Assembly (NCBI GenBank): GCA_016211085.1
Contig: JACQSY010000015.1
Location: forward strand, 12,041 to 76,040
DNA length: 64,000 nucleotides
Reading direction: 5' to 3'
Origin: Acidobacteriota bacterium
Lineage (GTDB): Bacteria > Acidobacteriota > UBA6911 > RPQK01 > JACQSY01
The position numbers and the translations under genes were made by a program. Positions 30,217 to 40,171 of this stretch are shown in pieces (position 1 is the stretch's first letter; each line of letters begins with the position of its first letter). The notes beneath the pieces were generated by a model, which saw only the letters and a program-made list of their open reading frames with translations, was not told where the DNA came from and searched no databases.

Positions 30217-31257
30217 GTGATTAAAGCCGTGATCCTCTCGGGAGGGGCGGACAGCGGTTTGCTCCCGCTGACGATCAACACGCCAAAATCGCTGCTGCCC
30301 ATCGGCAACTACCCCTTGCTGCTTTTCCAGATACACCAGCTTAAGCGTGCCGGCGTCACTGAAATCATTCTGAGCCTCCCGCACGAACCACGAAAGATTC
30401 GCGATGTTTTCGATGATGGGTCTGATTTCGGCGTCATCATTCGCTACCATGTAGAGAGTACTCCTCTGGGAACCGCCGGTGCCTTCAAACGTGCCGAACA
30501 TCTGATCGATGACACGGCCGTGGTCGTTAACGGCGACATTGTGACCGAGTTCAGCTTTGAAAAGGCCCTGGCGATTCATCGTTCCAACAACGCAGTTGCT
30601 ACCATCTCTATTTGTGAAGTTCCCCGCCCCCGTTCCTACGGAGTGGTTGAGACCGGACAGGACGGACGTGTCACGCGTTTTCTGGAACGTCCTCGCGGCC
30701 AACAATTTAGAACCAACATGGTCAATGCCGGGGTTTACATTCTTGAGCCGGAGGTTTTGAACTGGATCCCGGAGGGACGGCAGTTTTTTTTTGAAAGGGA
30801 TCTCTTTCAACTCTTTTTAAAAAAGGCGGTTCCCTTCTTCGCGGCGAGTTTTTCGGAGTACTGGACGGAGATCACCCGCCCCCATAATTACTGGCAAAGC
30901 AATATGGATTTTCTGGACCACAAGCTCACAACCCCTGAATTCCTAGCGTTTGCGAAAAGGCACCACCCGCCGGACAACCCCATGGTTACCGCAGACTCCT
31001 CGTCCTTTATCGATCACGATTGTCTGCTCAAGGCAGGCACCCGCATCGAGCACTCGGTCATTGGCAGCAACTGCCGCATTGAGGAAGGGGCGTTAATCCG
31101 GCGTTCGGTCATTTGGCCGGGGTGTCGAATTCAACGGGGTGCCGTCGTAAACGGCAGCATCCTTGGTCGCGGCTGCTTAATTGGGGACGGAGTTCGAATT
31201 CGAGCCGGGAACCTGATCGGTGACCGATCTACCCTGACCAGCGAGAGCCGGACTTAG
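30217..31257 (+). CDS. NDP-sugar pyrophosphorylase-family protein (GDP-mannose pyrophosphorylase-like) with altered catalytic motif
   Basis: AVILSGG..LPLT..PK, PLGTAG, NGD, NAGVYI, C-terminal left-handed beta-helix. Confidence 0.85.
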   Translation: MIKAVILSGGADSGLLPLTINTPKSLLPIGNYPLLLFQIHQLKRAGVTEIILSLPHEPRKIRDVFDDGSDFGVIIRYHVESTPLGTAGAFKRAEHLIDDTAVVVNGDIVTEFSFEKALAIHRSNNAVATISICEVPRPRSYGVVETGQDGRVTRFLERPRGQQFRTNMVNAGVYILEPEVLNWIPEGRQFFFERDLFQLFLKKAVPFFAASFSEYWTEITRPHNYWQSNMDFLDHKLTTPEFLAFAKRHHPPDNPMVTADSSSFIDHDCLLKAGTRIEHSVIGSNCRIEEGALIRRSVIWPGCRIQRGAVVNGSILGRGCLIGDGVRIRAGNLIGDRSTLTSESRT

Positions 31258-31443
31258 GAACGACAACCGCACTCCCATCCCGTCTTTCCGCTTCCCGAGC
31301 CATATCTAGGTGTAGGTTATAAAATGTTTATATTAAACAATTTAGTTTCGCTACCCCCTCCCCAAATGTGCCCTGGGTTTCCCTGCCGTGGTATACTAAA
31401 ACCTTTGTGTTAGGGGGTATCTTGTTTGAGAGAGGAGAGCATT

Positions 31444-31998
31444 ATGAGACAAGGACAACAACCGGAGAATGTTTGGGGCGTTGCCGTTGCCTTATTTGCT
31501 GGCTTTCTCTTGGTCTTCTCAGCCAGTTTCTTTATCTTTTCGCTTCAATCGACTCCTAGCCTTCGGTTGGCAAACGCGCCTGTAGCTGTTGGTTACCAGG
31601 ATTTATTCCCGGTGCCCAAAGAGTCACTGCAAACGTCCGTCCTACATCAGGTTGCTGCTACGACCGCTTCGGATTACCAGGTTTTCAAGGCCACAGCCTA
31701 TTCCATAGCAGGGATCACTTTTTCAGGAGTGCGTGTGGCAGAAGGAATCGTCGCCGCCGATCCGGAAATCCTGCCCATCGGCTCGGTCATTGAGGTCCGA
31801 GCCGACGATTACAGCGGAATTTACACGGTCCTGGACACAGGCTCACTTGTGCAAGGTCGCCACATTGACATCTACTTACGGGACACCCAGCAGGCGATAG
31901 AATTTGGCCGCCGCCCCGTCAAAGTTCGGGTGCTTCGTTACGGGTGGACTATTTCGAGCCGGAGCCTCCCTCCATTCAAGTCCTCGCCTACCGGTTGA
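31444..31998 (+). CDS. 3D-domain (MltA-like) cell-wall protein
   Basis: GAGGAG RBS; TM; ATAYS, VAADP..LPIGS, DTG, GRHIDIY, FGRR. Confidence 0.88.
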   Translation: MRQGQQPENVWGVAVALFAGFLLVFSASFFIFSLQSTPSLRLANAPVAVGYQDLFPVPKESLQTSVLHQVAATTASDYQVFKATAYSIAGITFSGVRVAEGIVAADPEILPIGSVIEVRADDYSGIYTVLDTGSLVQGRHIDIYLRDTQQAIEFGRRPVKVRVLRYGWTISSRSLPPFKSSPTG

Positions 31999-32019
31999 CC
32001 TTATTCTGCTGTCGTAAGA

Positions 32020-32057
32020 GTTGTTGCGAGTCAAATGCTGGCCAGTCGAGGCGTGAC
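32020..32057 (+). repeat. Degenerate copy of the palindromic repeat family
   Basis: TTGTTGCGAGTCAAATGCTGGCCAGTCGAGGCGTGAC versus the 6440 element TTGTTGCGAGCGCGACGGCGGCCAGGTCGAGGCGCGAC; possible inverted partner at 32396-32425. Confidence 0.55.
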
Positions 32058-32456
32058 CACGTGTCTCCGTCGCCTGGAGATAACTCCAAATCTTTACAGA
32101 ATAGCCGGTTACAGTCGATTCCAGCTAGAGCCATCCTTGACTTCGACAAGTGAGACCGACTGCCAGAAATGGATCACCACGTCGAAAGGCTACCAATTCA
32201 AGATCTCAGCCCCACGGAATCAATAAGAAAACAAACTCCAGGGAAGAGGCAATCGCCTAAAAAAAAGCGGTGACTTTTCACGGCGCCTCAAATGGCGCTC
32301 AAAGCGCGGCCAGCATATCTGATGTGGGAAACCACAGGTGAATTGCTGCGACTGTGCCGCCCTTCCCCCTGCCGGCGAGGGCTGCGCCTCGCCTACCTCC
32401 ACCTGCGCCAGCGCACCTGATCGCAGGCCACCCCGACACGGTTCATTTTCAATCGG

Positions 32457-32495
32457 TCTCCTTTTTCGGAGGGTTGCCGCCCTCCGGAAAGGGGA
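32457..32495. other. Long hairpin immediately upstream of the uvrC promoter
   Basis: TCTCCTTTTTCGGAGGG-TTGCCG-CCCTCCGGAAAGGGGA. Confidence 0.6.
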
Positions 32496-32504
32496 ACGGC
32501 AAGT

Positions 32505-32513
32505 TGCTATAAT
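32505..32513 (+). promoter_or_regulatory. Extended -10 box, leaderless-type promoter of uvrC
   Basis: TGcTATAAT 8 nt before ATG 32522; no SD. Confidence 0.6.
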
Positions 32514-32521
32514 CGGCGTGA

Positions 32522-34321
32522 ATGGCAACGGAGATCCTCGAGGCCAAACTAGATAATCTGCCGGACCGGCCCGGAGTTTATCTTTTTCAGGACGGGAAGG
32601 GCGGAATTTTGTACATCGGTAAGGCCAAAAGTCTCCGGCACAGAGTTCGCTCCTATTTTCAGTCGGCGCGCGGTTTTGATCATAAGACTGAGGTTCTAAA
32701 AAGCAAGATCAGCAACCTGGAGTATATCGTTACCGATACTGAAGTCGAGGCCCTGATCCTGGAGAGCAACCTCGTCCGAAAGAACCGGCCCAAGTTCAAC
32801 GTCAACCTCAAAGACGACAAGGCTTTTCTTCACATTAAATTAACGATAAACGAGCCTTACCCGCGAGTACTGTTGACTCGCCGTGTGGAGAACGACGGAG
32901 CTCGTTACTTCGGTCCGTATCTTCCGGCGTCTCTGGCCCGCAACATCGTTAAGATCATCAATCGACATTTCCTGCTCAGGACCTGCGATATTGAAATTAC
33001 CGGAGGCCTGGAACGTCCCTGTCTCGAATACCACATTAAACGCTGTTTAGGGCCCTGCGTGGCCGGGCTCTGCAGCCACGAGGAATACCAGCGGGCCGTT
33101 CAGGACGTGCTACTACTGCTCGAGGGAAAAAACGAAGAACTGGTCCGCAGCCTGACTGAGAAAATGATTCAGTCCTCCGAGCAACAGCGTTATGAGGCCG
33201 CAGCTTTTTACCGAGACCGTGTCCGTATGGTGCGGGAGCTTGCAGAACGCCAAAAGATGGTGCTGACGCGGGCTGCCGACGTGGACGTGTTCGCATATTA
33301 CCGGGAAGGAACTCGTATAGCGCTTCAGCTCTTCACACTCCGCTCTGGACGCGTGGTGGGCAAGCGGGAATTTTTCTGGGAAGACCTGGAGTACTTTGTT
33401 CCTTCTCAATTCTTGCGCGATGCTCTTCAACAGTACTATCTCAGCGCAGGTTTCGTTCCCGGCGCAATTTATCTTCCAGTCGAAATCGAAGATCAGGATT
33501 TAATAGCCCGTTGGCTCAGCGGAAAGAAGAGCCGCACCGTGCACCTGCTCGTTCCCCGTCGTGGAGAAAAGCATGATCTGTTGCTGTTGGTGGAACGTAA
33601 CGCGAAGATAGCTTTCGAAAACCGTTTCAAGATTCTCAAATCCGACAAGCAACGGGTGCTGGAACAGCTTCAAAAAGACCTTGAGCTTCCTCAATTGCCG
33701 CGGCGTATTGAAGCCTTCGATGTCTCCAACATTCAGGGATCCGATACTGTTGCCTCGGTGGTTGTCTGCGAAAACGGCGTGATGAAAAAAAGCGAATACC
33801 GAAAGCTGCGCATCCGTTCCGTTGAAGGACCGCACGACTTCGCCAGCGTCTATGAAGCGGTGCACCGTCGCTACCAGCGGTTGCTTGCCGAACAACGGCC
33901 CTTGCCTGACCTGATTCTGATTGATGGGGGTACAGGACAGCTGCATTATGCCTATCAGGCTCTCTCCGAGCTCAGCATTGAGGACACACCGCTCGCCAGC
34001 CTTGCCAAACGTGAGGAGCACATTTTCCTGCAAGGACAGGACGAGCCGCTGATCTTGCCACGGACTTCAGCCGTGCTGCACCTGCTGCAGGAAATCCGGG
34101 ATGAAGCGCACCGTTTTGCAGTGGGCTACCACAGGCAGCGACGTGCCATGCGAGATTTCACTTCGGAGCTGGACAAGGTCGAAGGAATTGGTGAAAAACG
34201 AAAAATAAGACTGTTGGCCAACTTTGGAAGTCTACATCGGATCCGTGAAGCCAGCGTGGAAGAACTGAAGCCATTTGTGGGTGAAAAAATTGCGCGCGCC
34301 CTCAAAGAGAAGCTGAAATAA
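32522..34321 (+). CDS. uvrC: Excinuclease ABC subunit C
   Basis: PGVYLF..YIGKAKSLR.RVRSYF, EALILE, LKDDK, RIEAFDVSN, LILIDGG, RDEAHRFA, HhH. Confidence 0.97.
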   Translation: MATEILEAKLDNLPDRPGVYLFQDGKGGILYIGKAKSLRHRVRSYFQSARGFDHKTEVLKSKISNLEYIVTDTEVEALILESNLVRKNRPKFNVNLKDDKAFLHIKLTINEPYPRVLLTRRVENDGARYFGPYLPASLARNIVKIINRHFLLRTCDIEITGGLERPCLEYHIKRCLGPCVAGLCSHEEYQRAVQDVLLLLEGKNEELVRSLTEKMIQSSEQQRYEAAAFYRDRVRMVRELAERQKMVLTRAADVDVFAYYREGTRIALQLFTLRSGRVVGKREFFWEDLEYFVPSQFLRDALQQYYLSAGFVPGAIYLPVEIEDQDLIARWLSGKKSRTVHLLVPRRGEKHDLLLLVERNAKIAFENRFKILKSDKQRVLEQLQKDLELPQLPRRIEAFDVSNIQGSDTVASVVVCENGVMKKSEYRKLRIRSVEGPHDFASVYEAVHRRYQRLLAEQRPLPDLILIDGGTGQLHYAYQALSELSIEDTPLASLAKREEHIFLQGQDEPLILPRTSAVLHLLQEIRDEAHRFAVGYHRQRRAMRDFTSELDKVEGIGEKRKIRLLANFGSLHRIREASVEELKPFVGEKIARALKEKLK

Positions 34322-34329
34322 CTCTGCCC

Positions 34330-34902
34330 TCACTCGTCGCGTTCCCCCGCCGGCGCAAAACAATGCCGGCAACGGGGCTCGTAAGCTCCCTCAGCTCCCA
34401 CTAATATCTGCTCCCCGCTGCGCACCAGCCGCTGGCTGTAGTTGGCAGGGCGGCCGCACTTCATACAAATGGCCAGCGTCTTCGTTATATACTCAGCAAT
34501 CGCCAGCAGTTCCGGCATGGGGGGAAACGGCCGGCCGCGAAAATCTTTGTCCAGGCCCGCTATGATGACTCGTTTGCCGTCATTCGCCAGCCGATCGCAA
34601 ACCCGAACGATCTCAGCGTCAAAAAACTGTGCCTCATCAATTCCCACGACCTCCGTGGAGCTGAGCACTGCACTCAGGATCTCTCTCGCAGAGTCCACAG
34701 ATTGAGAGGCGATTCTCAACTCGCTGTGGGAGACGATGTGACTCTCAGAAAAACGGTTGTCAACTTTCGGTTTGAATATCTGCACCTGCTGCTTTGCAAT
34801 CTGGGCACGCCGGAGCCGACGTATCAACTCTTCACTTTTGCCGGAAAACATGCTGCCGCAGATAACTTCAATCCAGCCGGACCAACTGTGAACCGTGTCC
34901 AT
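34330..34902 (-). CDS. tdk: Thymidine kinase
   Basis: [29 protein letters not shown]...RCRHC. Confidence 0.97.
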   Translation of the reverse strand: MDTVHSWSGWIEVICGSMFSGKSEELIRRLRRAQIAKQQVQIFKPKVDNRFSESHIVSHSELRIASQSVDSAREILSAVLSSTEVVGIDEAQFFDAEIVRVCDRLANDGKRVIIAGLDKDFRGRPFPPMPELLAIAEYITKTLAICMKCGRPANYSQRLVRSGEQILVGAEGAYEPRCRHCFAPAGERDE

Positions 34903-34956
34903 GGAAATAACAAAAAACGCCGCAGCAATGGCGAAACCGTATTTGTCCCTGGTGAA

Positions 34957-35538
34957 TTAATCGTAGGCTTGCGGATTATAAAATGGCGCAAAAGCCGCAA
35001 TCAAGGCGATTACAAAGGAGTGTTTTCGAGTGATCAGGTCATCTGTCAGCACACCCCAGGTACCCTGCATACTGCGCACGTTGCTCTGGCGGCTGAAGCG
35101 ATCAATGACGATGCCAAGCTCGATTCCCCGGTCGACAACCGGATCAGCCAGTGCGGAGGGGACGTAGATTCCGCCGCCGTGTCCAAAATAACCTCGATGG
35201 CCATCGGAAACATAAGCCCAGCTTTCCAGAAAAACCTGCCGACGCGGCCCTTGCAAGCTGATGATGTTAAATCCTCCTTCAAGCCCTACGTAAAAATCTG
35301 CCTCCGCTTTTTCCTTCTTCAGCTGCAGAGTTAATGATTCCACCCGTTCCTGGGCTCCCCTCATGAGCTCCTGAGCCGAAAGAGGCATGTGGTGGGAGGT
35401 GGCGGGAACATCGTAATGAAGAAACTGGATTGTCTCCCGAGGATCGTCGATGATTCTTGAGCCGAACAAGGCCCAAGCTTCCCGTATGGCTTCGATCTTA
35501 GGTTCGCGCGAACTGGCGAGTGCGATTCTCACAACCAC
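34957..35538 (-). CDS. yjjX: Inosine/xanthosine triphosphatase (YjjX/DUF84 family)
   Basis: ASSREPKIEA, GAQER, VGLEGG, GIELG, GVLT..ITR. Confidence 0.8.
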   Translation of the reverse strand: MVVRIALASSREPKIEAIREAWALFGSRIIDDPRETIQFLHYDVPATSHHMPLSAQELMRGAQERVESLTLQLKKEKAEADFYVGLEGGFNIISLQGPRRQVFLESWAYVSDGHRGYFGHGGGIYVPSALADPVVDRGIELGIVIDRFSRQSNVRSMQGTWGVLTDDLITRKHSFVIALIAAFAPFYNPQAYD

Positions 35539-35649
35539 TCGATTGTAGCGGCGGGCTCTGTCATTCGAGCCGCTGTGAGCGATTCATCAGTGGCTGCTGC
35601 GGTTGCCGGCTTTTAGCCAACCTACTGCGGCTTCACGCCCGACTCCTTG

Positions 35650-36459
35650 CTACTCTTGTTGTCTATCATTGCCTGCAAACCGTCCCGATAAGATTTCTTT
35701 CATCTGATCATGGATTCGGCCGTTGGTCGCCAGGAGTTCACGATGGTATATAGAGTACTCACTTCCTTCAAAAAGTGAGACGCGGCCTCCCGCTTCCTCT
35801 ACAATGAGCTTTCCTGCCGCTACGTCCCATGGATTCAAGCTCAGCTCCCACATCCCGTCGAACCTTCCGCAGGCCACATAACATAGATCCAGAGCGGCCG
35901 ATCCATCACGGCGCACGGCACGCGCACTCATGATGAAACGGTTAAAGTATTCAAGATTCTCCAGCATGCTGTCGCGATCGTAAGAAAACCCGGTGCAAAC
36001 CAGACTGTCCTCCAGCAAAGGTTTGCTGGAAACCTGAATCCTCCTGCCGTTTAAAACCGCTCCTTGTTGATAGTGTGCGCTGAAGAGTTCTTGCTTAACA
36101 GGATCATAGACCACCCCAAATATGATCCTTCCCTGATACTCCAGAGCAATAGAGACCGCAAAAAGGGGATAGCCGTGCGCATAGTTCGTGGTTCCGTCCA
36201 GGGGATCGATCACCCACTTGTAAGGCGCAGGCCCCCCAAGGGTACCCTGTTCTTCCGCGAGAATCTGATGTTCGGGAAATTCCCCCTGGATTCGACTCAA
36301 AATGAGCTGTTCGGATTGCAGATCCATCTCAGTAACCAAGTTAATCCGTCCCTTTTTACTGATTTGGAATCCTGAAGATAGATTTTTGACAAGCAGTTTC
36401 CCTGCGTCACGAGCCGCTTCCACTGCCACATCGAACATCCGGGTTAACTGATCACGCAT
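35650..36459 (-). CDS. suhB: Inositol monophosphatase family protein
   Basis: LVTEMD, WVIDPLDGTTNY, RRDGSAALD, WDVAAG. Confidence 0.93.
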   Translation of the reverse strand: MRDQLTRMFDVAVEAARDAGKLLVKNLSSGFQISKKGRINLVTEMDLQSEQLILSRIQGEFPEHQILAEEQGTLGGPAPYKWVIDPLDGTTNYAHGYPLFAVSIALEYQGRIIFGVVYDPVKQELFSAHYQQGAVLNGRRIQVSSKPLLEDSLVCTGFSYDRDSMLENLEYFNRFIMSARAVRRDGSAALDLCYVACGRFDGMWELSLNPWDVAAGKLIVEEAGGRVSLFEGSEYSIYHRELLATNGRIHDQMKEILSGRFAGNDRQQE

Positions 36460-36478
36460 AGACCTACAGGCGGCCCTT

Positions 36479-36967
36479 TCATCGGGGTTCTAACTCCACC
36501 AATAGGGCCACTGCCTGGACTGCTATGCCTTCTCGGCGGCCAATGGTTCCTTTCCCTTCCATGGTGGTGGCTTTGATAGAGATGCGGTCGGGCTTCAAGA
36601 AGAGTACGCGCTCCAGGTTGGCCTTGATTGCAGACGTATAGGGATGGATTTTAGGTTCTTCTGCAATCACCATCACGTCGACGTTAACAACCCCAAATCC
36701 CTTCCCTCGAATTAAGCGATAGGCTTTTTCCAGGATCAAGAGACTGGAAAGGCCGGCGTATTGAGGATCAGTATTCGGAAAATAGTTTCCAATATCGCTA
36801 AATCCCGCCGCGCCGAGCAGCGCGTCGGCTACCGCATGAAGCAAGACGTCGCCATCGGAGTGTCCTGCCAAACCCGAAGCGTGCGCAATCTGTACCCCTC
36901 CCAACATCAGCTTGCGTCCGGTTTCAAAAGGATGAAAATCGTAGCCTAAACCGATGCGATAACTCAT
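36479..36967 (-). CDS. ispF: 2-C-methyl-D-erythritol 2,4-cyclodiphosphate synthase
   Basis: RIGLGYDFH, GHSDGDVLLHA, DIG..FP, SIKATT.E. Confidence 0.97.
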   Translation of the reverse strand: MSYRIGLGYDFHPFETGRKLMLGGVQIAHASGLAGHSDGDVLLHAVADALLGAAGFSDIGNYFPNTDPQYAGLSSLLILEKAYRLIRGKGFGVVNVDVMVIAEEPKIHPYTSAIKANLERVLFLKPDRISIKATTMEGKGTIGRREGIAVQAVALLVELEPR

Positions 36968-37614
36968 TTTCTTTCCAGATCACTTCTCCACGTAATCTTC
37001 ACGTTACCCGGGTCTCCTGGGACCACGTGGACGGGAAAACCGAGCCGTTCGATCAGCATTGATTCATCCGTTGCGTAAAAACCCTCGCTGATCGCTCGAG
37101 CAAATGCATCCTCAAGCAGACGGCGCTGAAAACCTTGAGGAGTCTGTGAAAGGTACAGGTGTTCCCGTTTTAAAGTGCGAATGACACGACTGTTTCGTAC
37201 CTCTTTCACGGTGTCAGACACAGGGATGCAAGGAACACACGCCTGATGGAGACGTGTCCCCTCAACGACTCGAACAACGAGGTCGGGAGAAAAAAACGGA
37301 CGAGCTGCATCGTGCACGAGCACTATGTCGACTTCAGGAACAAGTTGGCACAGGCCATTGTAGACGGAGTCCTGGCGCTTCTCTCCCCCCCTGGCGATGG
37401 TAATTTTTTCTGAAAAAGGAAGAGATTGAATCTCGGTCCTCACCGGCTCCAGCCACCCGTCCGAGACCACCAGGACGCACTGCGACACCAATGCACACAG
37501 CCGATCCAATGAATGTAAGTAGATCGATTTGCCCTGACTTCTCAGGAACTGTTTGGGGATTTCAGAACCGAAGCGCGATCCAGTCCCGGCAGCGGCAACA
37601 ACCACTCCAATCAA
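36964..37614 (-). CDS. ispD: MEP cytidylyltransferase
   Basis: [37 protein letters not shown]. Confidence 0.96.
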   Translation of the reverse strand: MIGVVVAAAGTGSRFGSEIPKQFLRSQGKSIYLHSLDRLCALVSQCVLVVSDGWLEPVRTEIQSLPFSEKITIARGGEKRQDSVYNGLCQLVPEVDIVLVHDAARPFFSPDLVVRVVEGTRLHQACVPCIPVSDTVKEVRNSRVIRTLKREHLYLSQTPQGFQRRLLEDAFARAISEGFYATDESMLIERLGFPVHVVPGDPGNVKITWRSDLERK

Positions 37615-38651
37615 AGCCGCGTTATCCTCTCGCGCTCATACTCTCCGCGTTGGGGCATCTCCCCGTTTGACTGGTACTTCCCGAAGATCATTTTACCGGC
37701 GGTGGTCTGAAGCACACTGGTGACCATCACATCCACGGTGCGCCCGATCATTCTTCGGGCGTTGTCCACCACCACCATGGTGCCGTCATCCAGGTAGGCC
37801 ACGCCCTGGTTGTATTCCTTACCCTCTTTCAGAATGAAAACCCGCATCGTCTCGCCGGGAAGAACCACCGGTTTGATTGCGTTGGCGAGCTCGTTGATGT
37901 TGAGCACTTCAACGCCGCGAAGCTGAGCCACCTTGTTCAAATTAAAATCATTGGTCATGATCTTGGCCCCGCGTTCTTTAGCGAGCTCAATCAGTTTCAT
38001 GTCGACTTCTTTGATTTCAGGATAGTCCTGCTCAACGATTTGCACCTCGATATTGGAATTCTTCTGAATCTTCTGAAGAATGTCCAAACCGCGGCGCCCT
38101 CGGTTGCGTTTCATGGAATCGGCTGAATCGGCGACCAACTGCAATTCCCTCAGGACGAATTGCGGAATCAGCAGCTGACCATCGAGAAACCCAGTCTCCA
38201 CGATATCCGCCACACGGCCATCTATGATGACGCTGGTGTCAAGCAGCTTGGAGGCTTTCTTGGTAGCGCGGTCCAAAAACAAGCCGCCAAAGCTCAAGTT
38301 AAGCATCTCCCCTTTTACAATCCCCATGACCAGCCCCACATAGGTCATGGCGGCCAGGATGAGCACCTGCAAAAAAGTAACTGTCTGGTCGTCTAGAAAA
38401 ACCATACGGTGAATGATAAGGCTGATGAGACTGGCCCCCAGAATACCTAACAAGGAACCCAGGGCAGCACCTACAAGAGCTTTAGGGGAGGTATGCCGCA
38501 CGCTGATTTCGAAAATTATGATAGCAATGGATAGAAACAATCCAGCGAGCAGCGCTACTTGAGGGGCGAGACCAAAGGGTTTCAGGTAGAATGTGGCAGC
38601 GGTGAACGTGATCGCGAAAAGAGTTCGTATCAGCCACAATCGCATAAGCAC
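37611..38651 (-). CDS. PIN/TRAM domain membrane protein (YacL family)
   Basis: N-terminal TMs; [49 protein letters not shown]. Confidence 0.92.
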   Translation of the reverse strand: MLMRLWLIRTLFAITFTAATFYLKPFGLAPQVALLAGLFLSIAIIIFEISVRHTSPKALVGAALGSLLGILGASLISLIIHRMVFLDDQTVTFLQVLILAAMTYVGLVMGIVKGEMLNLSFGGLFLDRATKKASKLLDTSVIIDGRVADIVETGFLDGQLLIPQFVLRELQLVADSADSMKRNRGRRGLDILQKIQKNSNIEVQIVEQDYPEIKEVDMKLIELAKERGAKIMTNDFNLNKVAQLRGVEVLNINELANAIKPVVLPGETMRVFILKEGKEYNQGVAYLDDGTMVVVDNARRMIGRTVDVMVTSVLQTTAGKMIFGKYQSNGEMPQRGEYERERITRL

Positions 38652-38793
38652 CTCCTTTCAGCGGCGTGTGCCGCAAGGCGAGAGTCTGGCTCATAACAGT
38701 TACAAAAAATGTATGATAGCTTATTCTAGTTTTTTCGGAAGAGCCGTGTCTAGCTGAACACGATTCCGCCGTAGGACGGAAACCCGTGGAATT

Positions 38794-40143
38794 TCAGAAG
38801 AGAGCGTCGAAAGCATCTTGAACGGAGGAAACAGCCTGTATTCTTAAGGGCTCAACCGGCCCCGAGAGGGGAAGGTTGCCGTGGGGAAGCATTACCCAGT
38901 CGAAGCCCATGGCCAGCGCCTCTTTGAGACGCGTCTGCGCAAAGCTCACTGCACGCACCTCGCCGGCCAGCCCTACCTCACCAAAAACCACGCTGCGGAA
39001 CCCGATGGGCTGGTTGCGAAAACTGGACACGATGGCCGCGACTACAGCAAGATCAATTGCGGGTTCCTGCAAAGCCAGTCCGCCGACTACATTCACATAA
39101 ATATCACTGCCGGATAACTGTAATCCCACCCGCTTTTCCAGCATCGCTAGCAGAAGTGCGATTCGACTAGGATCAACTCCATTTCCCATCCTTCGGCCGG
39201 TTCCATAAGCGCTGTGGCTTACCAGCGCTTGCAATTCGGCAAGGATCGGTCGAGAGCCTTGCATTGCGCAAACCACTACAGAGCCGGCCGCGCTTTCGGG
39301 ACGTTCGGAGAGAAACAGTCCGGAAGGATTCTCCACACACAACAAACCGCGGCTGGACATCTCGAAGATGCCTAATTCGTTAGAAGGCCCAAACCGATTC
39401 TTTACCGCGCGCACTATTTTTTGGTTCTGGTGACGGTCACCCTCAAAATAAAGAACCACATCCACAATGTGTTCCAGTGCCTTGGGTCCGGCAAGAGAGC
39501 CCTCTTTAGTGATGTGGCCAATGAGGAAAACCGCGATATTTTGTTGCTTGGCAAAGGAAAGAAACTGTGCAGCGCACTCGCGGACCTGGCCCATAGTGCC
39601 CGGAATTGACTCCAACTTCTCCGTGCTGACCGTTTGGATTGAGTCTACGATGAGAATCTGTGGCTGAAGAGCCTCCACTTCTGTAAAAATCGCTTCCAGG
39701 GAAGTCTCTGCCACCAAAAAAAGATTCCGGCCTTGAACACCCAGGCGTTCGCCTCTTAGCTTGATTTGCTGGATGGATTCCTCGCCGGCAATGTAAAGCG
39801 TCTTCAGACCCTGAGCGGAAAGTGACTCAGCAATCTGGAGAAGTAGTGTCGATTTACCGATGCCCGGTTCACCGCCCAATAGGACCAGTGACCCCGGAAC
39901 CAACCCTCCGCCGAGGACCCGGTCAAACTCCACATTGCGCGTAGTAATCCGCTCGACTTTCTCCTGTTGCACGGTGGGATATTCCAGCACCGGCGATGAA
40001 TTTCGCACCCGCCTCAGCGGCCGATCGCTTTCCGTGAGGAAGCTATTCCACTCGCCGCAGCCCGGGCAGCGACCCAGCCATTTTTGTGAGCGGAATCCAC
40101 AAAGCTGGCACACATAAACTGTTTTTGCGGAAGGTGTCTGCAT
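38794..40143 (-). CDS. radA: DNA repair protein RadA/Sms
   Basis: C4 zinc finger, GEPGIGKST, KNRFG, Lon-like GEVGLAGEVR. Confidence 0.97.
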   Translation of the reverse strand: MQTPSAKTVYVCQLCGFRSQKWLGRCPGCGEWNSFLTESDRPLRRVRNSSPVLEYPTVQQEKVERITTRNVEFDRVLGGGLVPGSLVLLGGEPGIGKSTLLLQIAESLSAQGLKTLYIAGEESIQQIKLRGERLGVQGRNLFLVAETSLEAIFTEVEALQPQILIVDSIQTVSTEKLESIPGTMGQVRECAAQFLSFAKQQNIAVFLIGHITKEGSLAGPKALEHIVDVVLYFEGDRHQNQKIVRAVKNRFGPSNELGIFEMSSRGLLCVENPSGLFLSERPESAAGSVVVCAMQGSRPILAELQALVSHSAYGTGRRMGNGVDPSRIALLLAMLEKRVGLQLSGSDIYVNVVGGLALQEPAIDLAVVAAIVSSFRNQPIGFRSVVFGEVGLAGEVRAVSFAQTRLKEALAMGFDWVMLPHGNLPLSGPVEPLRIQAVSSVQDAFDALF

Positions 40144-40171
40144 TCTCTAAACAAGACAGAGCACTATCGCA

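Noticed and set aside
31258-31443. Possible c-di-AMP (ydaO) riboswitch before the 3D-domain gene
   Set aside because: Conserved GCUGAA / GUCAGCUAAC motifs not found
32090-32115. ACAGAA...CCGGTTA resembling an RNase P RNA 3' end
   Set aside because: No GAGGAAAGUCC 5' motif on either strand
35634-35645. 12-mer CACGCCCGACTC identical to 2594-2605
   Set aside because: A single 12-mer is compatible with chance; the flanks do not align
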